Shown piece after piece: positions 38,907 through 53,351 of a DNA stretch of 64,000 bases (its first letter is position 1; the number at the start of each line of letters is the position of its first letter). The notes beneath the pieces are model-generated. The model saw nothing but the letters and a program-made list of their open reading frames with translations, was not told the DNA's origin and searched no databases. Source of the stretch: Dictyostelium discoideum (taxonomy: Eukaryota); contig CM000151.3 in assembly GCA_000004695.1 (NCBI GenBank), forward strand, positions 3,712,001 to 3,776,000. The letters run 5' to 3'. The position numbers were made by a program, and so were the translations under genes.

Positions 38907-39194
38907 ACAGCACAAAATCAAGTTTTAAAAGTAGAGATTGATAATAGCCAACAATTAACATCAAATAAACCAAATGAAAAACCAGCAGCAGGTAGTTGTT
39001 TCTATGAACATATTGAAAAATGTGAAAGTCAAATTAATGAAAATAGATTAAAGATTAATGATTGTATAGATACTATCAATGAAAAGTTAGAAATTTTAAA
39101 ATATGATTTAAATGAAGCATTCGCTGGTTTAAATACTGATACAAGTAAAGAAAATCAATCTAATCATTCTCATCATCACCATGATCATAAATAA
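38907..39194 (+). CDS. Hypothetical small protein, exon 3 (ends ...NQSNHSHHHHDHK*)
   Basis: Acceptor atttag| at 38906; stop at 39192-39194; about 205 aa in total. Confidence 0.5.
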   Translation, partial: TAQNQVLKVEIDNSQQLTSNKPNEKPAAGSCFYEHIEKCESQINENRLKINDCIDTINEKLEILKYDLNEAFAGLNTDTSKENQSNHSHHHHDHK

Positions 39195-39888
39195 AATTTT
39201 TGTTCAAAAAAAAAAAAAAATAAATAAAAATAAAAAAAATAAAAATAAATATAAAACCAATAGTAATGTAAATAAATAAATAAATAAATATATTAAAATA
39301 ATTTATTTCTCATCCCCCTTTTTTTATTTTATTTTTCATTTTTATTATTTGTTTTTTGTTATAATGTATTAAATTCTTTTTTTTATCATTCAAGGTAAAA
39401 CAAGAAATTATTTATAATAGTTATTTTCTTTTCTATTTTTTTTTTTTTTTTTTTTTTTTTTTATCAACAATAATTACTTGTCATCTATTTAATTGGTCTA
39501 AATATAAAAAAACTAATTATATTTTTTATAATTTGTTCTGGAATTTGTACAACATCAATACCGACATTATCAAATTTTTTTTTTTTATTATTTTTTTTTT
39601 TATCGCAATGCATGATTTCAAATTAAAAAATGATTTCAGACTAAAAATAATAAAAAGTCAATATTTAAAAAAATCTTTTTTGTAATTTGGACGTGGGTTT
39701 AACGAAATTTTAAATTAGGTTGGTTGTATTAAAATTAAAAAAATAAAAAAAATAAAAAAAAATGAAAATATGAAATTTTTTTTTTTTTAATCAAAAAATA
39801 TAAGTAGAAGATATTTCATTGATCAAAAAAAAAAAAAATAGCTAAAAAATAAAAATTAATTGTATTAATACAAATATATATAAATAAA

Positions 39889-40042
39889 ATGACAAAAACA
39901 ACAATGAAAGCAGCAGCATTTACACAGAAGAATGGTAAAATAGAGATTATTGAGTTACCAATCCCAGAACCAACTCAAGGTTGGATTAGAATTAAAGTTC
40001 ACGCCTGTGGTGTTTGTCAAGGTGAAAATGTTTGTAAACATG
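39889..40042 (+). CDS. Zinc-type alcohol dehydrogenase, exon 1
   Basis: ATG at 39889 (MTKTTMKAAAFTQKNGKIEIIELPIPEP...VHACGVC...). Donor cat g|gtaaat at 40043. The intron contains a 60-nt poly-A run. Confidence 0.8.
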
Positions 40043-40050
40043 GTAAATTA

Positions 40051-40117
<67 letters not shown>

Positions 40118-40139
40118 TATTAATAATTAAATTTAATAG

Positions 40140-41008
40140 GTGTAATGGGTAATTCATTTCCAAGAGTTCCAGGACATGAGGTTGTAGGTGAAATTGATAA
40201 ATTAGGAGAAGGTGTTTGTAATGAAGAATATAAAATTGGTGAATTTGTAGGTGTTGGTTGGTTTGGTGGTAATCAATGTGGTAAATGTGAAACATGTTTA
40301 GAGAATGAATGGAAACATTGTAAGAAAGTAAACACTTGTGGTGTTACTTATGATGGTGGTTATGCAGAGTATATGATTGCACCAATTAGTGCACTTGTTA
40401 AAATACCAAAAGGAATGGACCCACTTGAAGCTGCACCATTGTTATGTGCAGGTGTAACAGTTTATAATTCATTTAGACATCAAGACATTAAAGTAGGTTC
40501 ATTGGTTGGTGTTACAGGTATTGGTGGTTTAGGTCATTATGCAATTCAATTCTGTAAGAAAATGGGTTACCAAGTGATTGCAATGTCAAGTGGTAATTCA
40601 AAAGAACAACTCTCAAAAGAATTGGGTGCAGATTATTATGTTGATATGTCAAAGGATAATTACATTCAAGAGATTCAATCAATTGGTTCAGTTAAATGTA
40701 TTTTAGCAACTGCACCAATTGCATCAACTGTTCAAGGTTTATTAGAGTCTTTAGGTATAAATGGTAAATTGGTGATTTTGGCTGCTTTCCATGAACCATT
40801 CCATGCAGATTCATTGACAATGATTGGTGGTTCTAAATCAATCGTTGGTTGGGCTTCTGGTGATAATCGTGATTCTCTTGATACTTTAAATTTTGCTCGT
40901 AATAATAATATTAAATCATTAGTAAATACTTTCCCATTGGAAAAAGCAAATGAAGCTTTTGAAAATATTGGTCAAGCAAAATTTAGACATGTTATTAAAT
41001 TATTATAA
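40140..41008 (+). CDS. Zinc-type alcohol dehydrogenase, exon 2 (PGHEVVGEI...; GxGxxG Rossmann motif VGVTGIGGLGH)
   Basis: Acceptor ttaatag| at 40139, in frame with ORF 40145..41008. MDR/ADH family signatures. Confidence 0.85.
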
Positions 41009-41104
41009 AAAATAGTAATAATAATAAATAATTGATTGTAAAAAAAAAAAAAAAAAAAAGAATCTTTATTATAAATATATTTTTATTTTTTAATTTAATT
41101 GATT

Positions 41105-41368
41105 TTAATCAGCATATTGATTTCCTAAATATTTTAAATGTGTAATTGTTTTATTTTTTTTTATAATTTCATCAAATAATTCAAAAGATGGTATATTTGT
41201 TTCAAATGTTTTCAATTTTTTAAACAGAGATAAGAATGAAATAAAAATTTCAATTTCTGAGTCTGTTAAATCCTTTATTGTTTTTGTTAAATCTTGATAT
41301 ATACATTTATCATAAAAAACTAATTTCTTAATATTATAATTTCTTTTAAAAATTTCTTCAAATTCATA

Positions 41369-41425
<57 letters not shown>

Positions 41426-41837
41426 TTCATGACTAATATTATAATATTTTTGACAGAATTTGCAATTGCCAAATATTTTATCCCCACGTTCATCTTTAAT
41501 TGATCTTAGATTGGGTGAAATTAGGTTATTAATTAAACAAATAAAACAAGTTTTAAAGTAAAGACAATCTATATTTTCTCCAAATAATAAAATTTGTTTT
41601 AGTTGAATTGGATAGATTGGACCTACATCTAATGATTTTAAATTTGGTAAATAATTAGATTTACCATCTAAAAATAATTGAAAAAGTGGATAAAAAAAAG
41701 CTTTTGATACTACTATTAATTTTTTAATTGAGTTTGACCAATGTTTAGTGATTTCAAAGAAAAAATCTCCACCAGCATAATTATCAATTATTAAGGTTTC
41801 TATGTTTTTCACTCTTTTTTTCAATTTTTCAACATTG

Positions 41838-41872
<35 letters not shown>

Positions 41873-42460
41873 TTCTCCTTGTTGTTGTATAGAATCTCTA
41901 ACCAATGAAAATTCACAAATATCAATTAAATTTGTTTGTTCACATTGATATAACGAATCAATTATTTCAAATTCATTTTGGTAATTTACATTTCTTAATA
42001 TAAAGTTTTTAAAATTACCTTTACCTTGTTGATGTAATTTTGATAATTTCATTATTTTGTTATTTACTTCTTCTAATTCTATTTTTATATATTTGCAACC
42101 ATTTGATTTTAATTTGTAAAATGATTTCTCTTTGTGATCATAATGCAGTTTTAATGTTTCAATATTTTCTTTTTTTATTATTGAATAATGTTGTTGTTGA
42201 TCTTGGTCTTGATCATTATAGTTGAAATCGACTGATACTGTTAAAAAATTTGATAAGGTTTTAAACCATTCTCTTGAAACTAATGACATATTTAAAATTA
42301 AAGTTTTTATTCTTTTTTCATTTTTTCTATATCCACTAGTAACACTACTACTACTGCCACTACTACAAATATCTATTAATCGATTTTGACAATCGATATT
42401 ATGGCTAATCAACCTAATTATAAACTTTTGGATGTATAATGGTAAAGTTATTATTGTCAT
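41105..42460 (-). CDS. Hypothetical protein (451 aa) with poly-N tracts
   Basis: Single minus-strand ORF; no recognised domain. Confidence 0.6.
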
Positions 42461-43008
42461 AAAAAAAAAAAAAAATTATCTTTTTCGATATCTTTTTTAA
42501 ATGATTAAAAAAAAAAAAATTTGAAATTTAATCACAAATCGGTTTTTTTTTTTTAAAAAAAAAAACAGGAAGAACTGAAATTTCTTAAAATTTGATTTGT
42601 TTTTTTTTTTTTTTATTATTATTTTTATTTTTTAATCACTTTATCTTAATACAATTTTTTTTTTTTTTTTTTTACATAGAGTTTACACTTTTTTTCACTA
42701 TTTTTTTTTTTTTAATCATTTTATCTTAGTTTTGTTTTTTTTTATATTATTTTTTATTTTTTTTTTTTTTGTTTAGCACATTGAGCCAGAAATAAGAAAT
42801 TTACTCTAATGATAGTCATTAAATTTTAAAAAACAAATAAAAAAATAATTCATTGATTTAAAATAAAAATTAAATGATAGTATTTGTTAATGTAATAAAT
42901 CAAATAAAAACATTTACAAAAAAAAAATGAAAAATAAAAAAAAAAATAAAAGTGATTGTTTAAATTTAAAAAAACATTAAAAATGACTTGTTTTCAATTT
43001 GATTTATT

Positions 43009-43109
43009 TTAACATGTTTCTTCAACAGTTCCAAAAGGATCTTTAACATCACCTGATGAAACACATGAGAGACTAGAATAATCTGTTTCACAACATGGAT
43101 TACAAAGAG
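43009..43109 (-). CDS. Cys-rich hypothetical protein, exon 2 (TLCNPCCETDYSSLSCVSSGDVKDPFGTVEETC*)
   Basis: Acceptor tgtttag| (minus) at 43110-43111; the intron 43110..43192 is poly-A/T rich; the frame closes with taa at 43009-43011. Confidence 0.5.
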
Positions 43110-43192
43110 CTAAACAAAAAAAAAAAAAAAAAAAAAAAAATTAGGTTTTAATAATTTGTTCAAAAAAAAAAAAAAAAAAAAAAAAAATTTAC

Positions 43193-43643
43193 TTTTATAT
43201 GGTTGATTATCAATACAAAAAAAAATTATAACTTCTTCATCATAATTTAATTTTGTTTCATTAGTTGCATACCAATAAAACCATGGATTTGATTGACAGT
43301 TTATATCGCCTGGAAATGTAGTTTGTCTGTGACCATATTGTGGAATATAATTTGGGTTTGTAGAGATTGAAATTTTGACAAAGTTATTTGCTTCTGCACC
43401 ACTATTCCAAACATAATTAGGTGCTTGATAACATTCATTAATTTCAAAAGTTTTATCAGTTTCATTAACAATTTTTGAACATTTATTATCATGATATTGA
43501 TTAATAGTTGCATTTGAATGATCATGGTTAAATTCAACCATAAAAAATTGTCTATCAAATGCAAAACATTCATTAACAATTAGCGAATAACCATTACCTG
43601 ATGTTTCATCTCCTGAACAATCATGTTTTTCATATGGTGTCAT
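43193..43643 (-). CDS. Cys-rich hypothetical protein, exon 1 (MTPYEKHDCSGDE...CIDNQPYK, phase 1)
   Basis: ATG at 43643; donor a|gtaaat at 43192-43191 (minus). The supplied ORF reads on into a poly-F run that lies inside the intron. Confidence 0.55.
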
Positions 43644-44557
43644 ATCTTTAAAATATAAATTAAAAAAAAGTTTTTTGTTATTATTATTATAATTGGAATC
43701 ATAATTTAAATTATAATAAAATCATATAAAATATATTTACCTAAATAAGTCACTGATTTTGCAATATCATTTTTTAAAAATAAAATAAATAATGAAAAAT
43801 TTATTCATTTCTTGAATTTTGTTATATTTTATATTATTTTTATTTTTTTTTTTTTTTTTAATTTTTTTTTTTTTTAGTTTGTAAATCTAAAAAATTATTG
43901 CAATCAAATTAATTTTTTTATAAATTCAGTTGACGAAGTTTTATTTTATTTTAAAAATCTAAAAAATATCCAAAAAAAACTTTGAAAAAAAAAAAAAAAT
44001 AGTTTTTTTTCGGGATTATAAATAAAATTGATCAAATATTCAGGTGTATGACAACATTTTTTTTTGTAAAGAGTTTTGAAATAAGAATAACTCATTTTTT
44101 TGAGTAATTTTACTGTTACTTATATTAAAATTCTCTTAATAAGTCTAAATGTTTCTTTAAAGTAATTAAAAGTTTTAGAGAAGAAAAAAGATAGTAATAA
44201 TAAAAACTACTCGAGTAGTTATTATTATTACTATCTTTTATTCTTTATTTGTAATTTAAATTAAAAACAGATCTAGAACTTCAAATTGCATTTTTTTTTT
44301 TTTTTTAACATCCAAACTTAAAAATAATGTTGTGGTAAAATTATTTAATAAATTTGTTAGATAAAAATAAAAAAAAAAAAAAAAAAAAATGCAAATTTAT
44401 GATCTGATTTGTTAAATAAACATTATTTTTATTTTTTTAATCATAAATCTTTTTTTTTTTTTAATATTTTTTTTTTAAAAATTTTTTTTTTTTTTTTTGA
44501 CCAAATAAATAGTTATCTTTTTTTTTTTTTTTTTTTTTTTTTTTCTCAATATTCAAG

Positions 44558-44764
44558 ATGATAGGCGTGGTGGTTTCCATTGGGAAGCTTCTACAAAAGG
44601 GAAAAAAAATCGGAATTGCTCCAGGTGCTGTGGCAGCTTATGAAGCAATAAATTTTATTCACAAAAGATTCAATAAAAACTTAGAATATACAATTGAAAA
44701 CTGTAAGAAAACTAAAGAAGTCTATGAAAAGGGGAAAGAATTAATTGTTGAAATCATCAGATAG
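44558..44764 (+). CDS. Small ORF (68 codons, MIGVVVSIGKLLQKGKKIGIAPGAVAAYEAINF...) of uncertain coding status
   Basis: ATG-to-TAG ORF followed by an unusually GC-richer 500-bp non-coding stretch; no intron-compatible donor was found. Confidence 0.25.
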   Translation: MIGVVVSIGKLLQKGKKIGIAPGAVAAYEAINFIHKRFNKNLEYTIENCKKTKEVYEKGKELIVEIIR

Positions 44765-45511
44765 GTATGTCAACATACCTCTCAAAAACCCACCAATGGT
44801 GCCAAATAATATAAACCCTACCGAACAGAATAAAAAGTCTTTTCAATCTTTTCTTTTTCGAAAGTAAATGCACCAAGGCGAAAGAGTTTTATGAAGATCT
44901 TCATAAAATTATAACCTACCTTTCATTAACAAATTTTAACCACCAAATAACTCCATTCACAACACCATCATCAGTTGAATATCTTCTATTTAAAATATTA
45001 AAGTAATTCACCATTAATTCGTACCACGTTCAGAAACAGATTTACTATTACACCATTATAATATTTAATTAAACTCAGAAAGTATTCCATTATCACACTC
45101 GGTTCAAACTTTATCAATATTAAATCATTATCAAATCTTTCAGATTCTAACATTTAATGTTGAAGTTGAAAATAAAGAAATATCAAAAGAAATTGGTAAT
45201 ATTCATGCAAATATTGCCTCGCTCATAGTAAATGGAAACAAAGAAGAAATTAATGAAATATTTCAAACATAATAAATTAAAATTATATTAAATTAAATTA
45301 AATTAAATAAATTATAAAGCTATTAATCATATTTAAATAATAATTATTTAATTTACATTTTTTTTATTTTTTTATAAAAATTAAATTATAATATTATAAA
45401 AAATATTTCTTTTTATTTTTTATTTTTTTTATTTAAAATTGTTTTATCTTGAATTTTGCACCCACCATTATGGATACAAATTCTTTTCAATACCACACAG
45501 GGTTTAAAAAA

Positions 45512-45562
<51 letters not shown>

Positions 45563-46068
45563 GTGTGGGTGTGGGTTTTGTAAAAACCAAATGTATATAT
45601 ATTTTTGTTTTTCATCTCTTTGACAATGAAAAGACACAATCATTAAATCTGTTTGGTTGATGTTTTTATGGGTGGTATTTAATAAAAAATTCATTGACAT
45701 AAAAAACATCACATAGTAATTTTTTTTAGCATCCTAATTTAATTCCATAATTTATAATTTTTTCACACATTTCCATTAATCATTAAATTTAATTTTTTTT
45801 TTATTATTTTTTTTTTAATATATATTTTTTTTTTTTTTTTTTTTTGAAAATATAATATTTCCTTTCAGTTAATTTAATACAATAAAAAATGTGGTACCAA
45901 AAATAGGAAATTATTTTATTATATTTTTAATTATATTTTTCTTTTTTTTTTTTTTTTTTTTTTTTTTTTCCAATCAATTATTTTTCACTCTTAACTTTTT
46001 TTTTAAAATATATTAAAACAAATAAAAAAACAAAATATAAATTAATATATAAAAATATAAAAATTAAA

Positions 46069-46207
46069 ATGGACCATAGATCACCTGATGAAGAATTTTT
46101 TTTAGTATTAATTTCTCATTATTTATTAGGAGAAAGTTTTAAAATTCTTGTTGATGGAAATTTAATTAAAGAAGTTACTGAAAATGAATCATTATTAACT
46201 TGTGAAA
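46069..46207 (+). CDS. Hypothetical protein, exon 1 (MDHRSPDEEFFLVLISHYLLGESFKILVDGNLIKEVTENESLLTCE)
   Basis: ATG at 46069; donor gaa a|gtttgt at 46208 (phase 1). Confidence 0.55.
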
Positions 46208-46321
46208 GTTTGTATAAATTTAATAATATATTTATAAAAAATAAATATAAAAATAAATTAATAAATAATAATTTTTTAATTTTTTAATTTTAATTTTTTT
46301 TTTTTTTTTTTTTATTATCAG

Positions 46322-47460
<1,139 letters not shown>

Positions 47461-47989
47461 ATAAAAAACAAAATTTTTTTTTTTCATTAAATGAATTTTT
47501 TAAAAAAAAAAAGAAAAAAAAAAAAATTAAATATATACTTGGTGATTATTATATTATATTTTATATTTATTTATGGTTTTGTTTGTTGAAAAAAAAAAAA
47601 AAAAAAAAATAAAAAAAAAAAAAAAAAAAAAAGGTGATGGGTGTATCTTGACTTTTTAATAATTTTTTTTTTGTGAAAAAATATTTTGACCAAAAGTTAT
47701 ATTTTGTTTTATTTAAAAAAAAATAGTTATGATTTCAAAAAATATTTTCTTTTTTTTTTTTATAACTTAAAATATATTCATTTATATTTTGGTCAGTTCC
47801 AAAATTAGAAAAAAAAAAAAAAAAAAAAAAATTGGAAAATAAAAAAAAAAAAAATATAAATAAAAAAAAAAATAAAAATAAAAAAAAATAAAAATTTTTA
47901 AATTAAAAAAAAAAAAATTTGTTGTGAAGATCAAAATTTCTTTTTTTTTTTTTATTTTTTTTCTCACCAAATTATAAAATTTTTAAAAA

Positions 47990-48094
47990 ATGAATAGACC
48001 ACCACAAGACGTAGAATTTAAAGCTGGTAAAGCTAAATTAACAGGTACAACAGTAACATCAGATTCAAGAAAGGGTTACTTAAAATTTGGTGTT
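47990..48094 (+). CDS. adrm1: Proteasomal ubiquitin receptor Rpn13/ADRM1, exon 1 (start of Pru domain: [29 protein letters not shown])
   Basis: ATG at 47990; donor gtt|gtatgt at 48095. Compare the Rpn13 Pru domain LVEFRAGKM..KGTTVTPDKRKG. Confidence 0.75.
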
Positions 48095-48275
48095 GTATGT
48101 TTTTTAAAGAGAAAAAAAAAAAAAAAAAAAAAAGCAACACAATATAATACAATAAAATAAAATAAAATAAAATAAATAAAATATAATATAACATAACATA
48201 TAATAATATAATAAAATAAAATGCATATTTATTAACATTTTTTAATTATTTATTTAAATAATAATTTATATATAG

Positions 48276-48519
48276 ACACCAGAAGGATTAACATGTGTTC
48301 AATGGAGACCAAGAGATTCATCAGCATATGAAGATGAATTTTATTTTGCACCAGGTGAATCAAAATTTATCAAAGTACCTGCATGTAAAACTGGTAGAAT
48401 GTATTACTTAAACTTTTCAGGTTCAGATCAAAAGGAATTCTATTGGTTACAAGAAGCAAATGTAGAAGGTGATGCTAAAATTGAAAAAGCACTTAAAGTT
48501 ATTGAATCATATATTCCAG
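48276..48519 (+). CDS. adrm1: Rpn13/ADRM1, exon 2 (Pru domain ...[39 protein letters not shown]...)
   Basis: Acceptor tatatag| at 48275, in frame with ORF 48399..; donor cca g|gtaatt at 48520 (phase 1). Confidence 0.8.
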
Positions 48520-49053
48520 GTAATTTTTTTTTTAAATTAATTAATTTATTTATTGGTGTTTTATTTTTATATACATTTTTTTTTTTTTGTTTTTTTTGTT
48601 TATTATTTTTTGTTTCTATGAAGGTGTGAATATACATAAACGATAATAATAGCACTCAAATACTTACAACACTTATAAATATATTCTTTTAATAGACTTG
48701 TAAATAATATAAAATAAAATGAAATATGTGAAAAATTAAATAAAATAAAATAAAATAAAAATAATAATAATAATAATAATAAAAATAAAACAAAATTTAT
48801 AAATAGTAATAATAAAGATGAAAACAAATGGAACAACAGTGACAATAATGGAAAAAAAAATAAAAAATCATATAACTAAATAATGTTAATAGACCCACCT
48901 TTTATTATTTTTATATAAAAAATCAAGAACTTTTAATTTGTTTTATACTCTTATTATTGAAAGTACTAATGAATCTTTTTTTTTTGGTTTTATTTTATTC
49001 TTTTTTTTTTTTTTAATGCACTTTTCTTTTTCTTTTTCTTTTCCTTTTTTTAG

Positions 49054-49568
49054 ATGATGATGATGATGAAGAAATGGTAGTTGATACACCACCACCAACA
49101 ACAACAATAAAACAAGAACCACCTAAAAACCCAACAATAAATGAAGTTTCACTAAGTCAACCAAAACCAACTACAACTCCACCACCATCAGCAACCAATT
49201 TAGATTTTATTAAAGATCTTTTTTCAAATTTACCAACACAACCAAAACAACCACAAATTACATTGGGTAAAATATTGACAGCAGAGAATTTAATACCATT
49301 CTTAAGAGAGAATCCAGAGATTAAAAAAGATTTAATTCAATATTTACCAGAGGAATATCAAAAGGATGAGAATATGATTAATGAAGTTTTACATTCTGCT
49401 CAATTTTTACAATCAATTGAAACCTTAGATTATGCAATTCATGAAGGTCATGGTCCTGAAATTGTCTCTCTTTTAGGTTATGAACCATCAATTGCTTCTC
49501 AAAGAGGTGTTGAGGGTTTCTTAACAAATATTCAAGAAGGTACAAATAAAAAGAAAAATAATAAATAA
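49054..49568 (+). CDS. adrm1: Rpn13/ADRM1, exon 3 (acidic linker plus C-terminal DEUBAD domain)
   Basis: Acceptor ttttttag| at 49053 restores the frame into ORF 49074..49568. The intervening intron is unusually long (534 nt). Confidence 0.75.
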
Positions 49569-49740
49569 TTAATTAAAATTGTATTATCAAAAATAAAAAA
49601 AAAAAAAAAAGAATAATAAATTCTAATTTATTTGGGTTTTATATTAAAACTCTTTTTTTTTTTTCTATTTGTTTACTATAATATATTTACACAAAGGAAG
49701 GTGGTTGTTGATGTTACATATTTTTTTTTTTTTAGTATTC

Positions 49741-50153
49741 TTATTTTATATTTTCATTATTAAAATTATCAGTATTATTATTATTATTAATATTATTATT
49801 ATTTTCTAAACTATTTTGTACAAAAGAAAAATCATTTTGTTGAAGTTGTTGTGGTGTTGGATTAGATGCGGGTGGAGGTAAAGGGCCATTACCTTTAGAT
49901 GAATAAATTGAAGGTTCTGTAACTATTAAATGTGGTGATTGAATTTCTGATGGTGGTGGTAATGATGTTGATGTTTGTTGTTGTTGTTGTTGTTGTTGTT
50001 GCTGTTGTTGTTGTTGTTGTTGTTGTTGCTGTTGTTGTTGTTGTTTCTTTTTTTGTTGTTGTTGTTGATAAAGTACAAATAACATTTTTTGTTCTTCTAC
50101 AGAACAATCATCAAATAATAATTCTGGATTCCTAAAAAGTTCATGAATTGTCA
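49741..50153 (-). CDS. ABHD-type hydrolase gene, putative exon 3 (poly-Q, Pro-rich and Asn-rich C-terminal extension)
   Basis: Only if the a|gtatgt donor at 50280 and the catattag| acceptor at 50154 are used. The phase is consistent and the frame stays open for 137 codons. Otherwise the protein ends ...PKGPESM*. Confidence 0.45.
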
Positions 50154-50179
50154 CTAATATGAAAAAAAAAAAATGAATG

Positions 50180-50246
<67 letters not shown>

Positions 50247-50280
50247 TAATAATAATATTAAATAATATTAAATTACATAC

Positions 50281-50990
50281 TTTCAGGACCTTTAGGATCA
50301 TTTGAATCATTTGAATCATCTTGATTTGGTTTTAAAGTATTTTGAAAGAATATACAAACCGATTCTAAAAAGAAATTTGGTCTTTCGCTATTATGACCAC
50401 CTTTTAATAATAACCTATTCTTATCACCATTATATTTTTCAAATAATTTCTCAGAATGATGTGGACGTACGAAATTATCAGATTCACCATGAGCAAATAG
50501 AGCGGGTATGTAAACTTGATCGGCAATATTTAAAACATCCAATTCTTTTATATCGAAATGAGCCCTCTTTTTAATTGAACCTCTAACCATTTTCAAACCT
50601 AATGAGATCATAAGTTTTGGTAATTTTTGAACGGCGGAATGTACCAATTCCTCTGCGACTTTATATAATGATGAAAAGGGTGAATCTAAAACCATACCTG
50701 CAATTGAAGGATCATCACGTGCATATAGGATTGATGTAACAGCACCCATACTTCTACCCCACAATCCAATGGTTGATATTTTGCCAGTATCTCTTAAATG
50801 TTTGACAATCACTCCAACATCTTCCTTTTCAAAATATCCCAATGATACATATTGTCCACCACTTAATCCTGATCCACTAAAATCAAATACCAATACCGTT
50901 ATATTCATTGGTAATAAAGTTCTAACGCATTCCATTGCATCTAACCTACATCCACTATTACCATGACAATAAATTACACATGGTTGTTTT
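50281..50990 (-). CDS. ABHD-type hydrolase gene, exon 2 (..KQPCVIYCHGNSGCRLD..; nucleophile elbow GRSMG; HGESD)
   Basis: Acceptor aaaag| (minus) joins in phase. Catalytic GxSxG and an Asp/His-containing C-terminal part are present. A possible donor a|gtatgt overlaps the stop at 50273. Confidence 0.8.
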
Positions 50991-51090
50991 CTTTTTTTTT
51001 TTTTTAAAAATAATATTAAAAAAAAAAAAAAAAAAATTAATAAATTGATTTCTATATTTATTTTATTTTATTTATTTTTATTTTACTTAC

Positions 51091-51698
<608 letters not shown>

Positions 51699-52399
51699 CC
51701 TCTTTTATTTTTTTTTTCTTTTTTTTTTATTTATACTGGAAAAATTATATTACTTTTTATTTAATAAAGTGTGTGAGTGTGTGTATATGTGTGTATATAT
51801 ATTTTGTATCTATGATATTATTATTTATATTGTGTGATGGTAGATTAAAAAAACAAAAATGTTACACACTAAAATTTAATTATTTAAAAAAAAAAAAAAT
51901 AAAAAAAAAATAAAAAATAAAAAAATAAAAAAAGTTATAAGGAGTTGGTGTGAATGAAAACAAAAAAAAAAAAAAAAAAAAATTTAGGTAAAAATTGTGG
52001 TGTTATTAAAACAAAATTATTAAAAAAAAAAATAAATAAATAAAATTATTAAGAATTTAATAACCAAAAAAAGTGTAAATTACAAATTATAGTTTTATTT
52101 TCCAAAAACACACAAGATTGATATGTTGAAAACCACTAACAACTATAACTCCTTTTAATGTTTGGAAAAAAAAAAAAAAACAAAACAAATTATAGTAATA
52201 AAAAAATCACAAAAAAAGATATATTGCGTGTGTATTTATTTATTTATTTTAAATTTGAATAAGAATAGCAAATAGTTTTTTTTTTTTTTAAAAATTTTTC
52301 TAATTTCTTTTTTTCTAATTTCTTTTTTTATTTTTTTTTTATTTTTTTTTATTTAAATTAATTTAATTTTAAAAATTTTTTTTTTTCTTGAACGATTTC

Positions 52400-52431
<32 letters not shown>

Positions 52432-53351
52432 ATTTTTTTTTTTTTATTTTTATTTTTGTTTGTTTTTTATATTTGGTTTGGATAAAAATAATTTTTTTTT
52501 TGAAAATGATTTATTGGTGGGTGAAAAAATTGTATTGTTATAATAATCAATTTGATGATCAACTATTAATTATGCAACCAATTTTTTTTTTTTTTTTTTC
52601 TGTGAACCCACTCTTTGTAAATGTGACCCACCAAAACGCACCAATGATATAAAACTAAAATTACATTATTGTTGATTTATTTTTAAAATTTTATAAATAA
52701 TAAAAAAAAAAAAAAAAATCAGCATTTTGTGCTCTCTGTTATCGAATTCGCACCATCACAATTTTTTTTTTTTTTTTCATTTTCCAAAAAATAAAGATTT
52801 ATTATTATTATTATTATTATTATTAATAATTAATTATCAATCTCCTCCCTCAGGCAAATGAATTTTTTTTATTTTTATTTTTAATTTTTTATTTTTAATT
52901 TTTTATTTTTAAATATTTGAATTTTAGTTTAAAAGATAGAATATAAATAATTTTGTTAATGCACCAACGATTGAACAAAAAATATTTTAATAAATTCACC
53001 ATTAGTGAGAACAGCACTGACTTACCTCCACTATCACATACCATTGATTCTTTTTATATTATTTTATTTTATTTTATTTTTATTTTATTTTAATTTTATT
53101 TTTATTTTTTTTTTTTATTTTTATTTTATACTATTTTTATTTTATTTTATTTTATTTTTATTTATTACATTTTTATTTTATTTTAAAGATAATTATTTGA
53201 ATTTTAGAAAAAAAAAATTTAGATAAGATTACTCTTTTTTTATTTCATTTACAAATTGTAAAATTGGGATTTATTTTTGGTTGGTTTAATATTTAAATTA
53301 TAATTTAATTTTTGTAATTTTAATTACAACCACAATTGTTTGAACCTCCAG

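Noticed and set aside
44558-45273. Two-exon model joining ORF 44558-44764 to the open frame 45145-45273 across a 380-nt intron
   Set aside because: The only GT at the exon 1 end (ag|gtatgt) lies after the in-frame TAG. No in-phase GT exists at any codon boundary with a plausible Dictyostelium donor.
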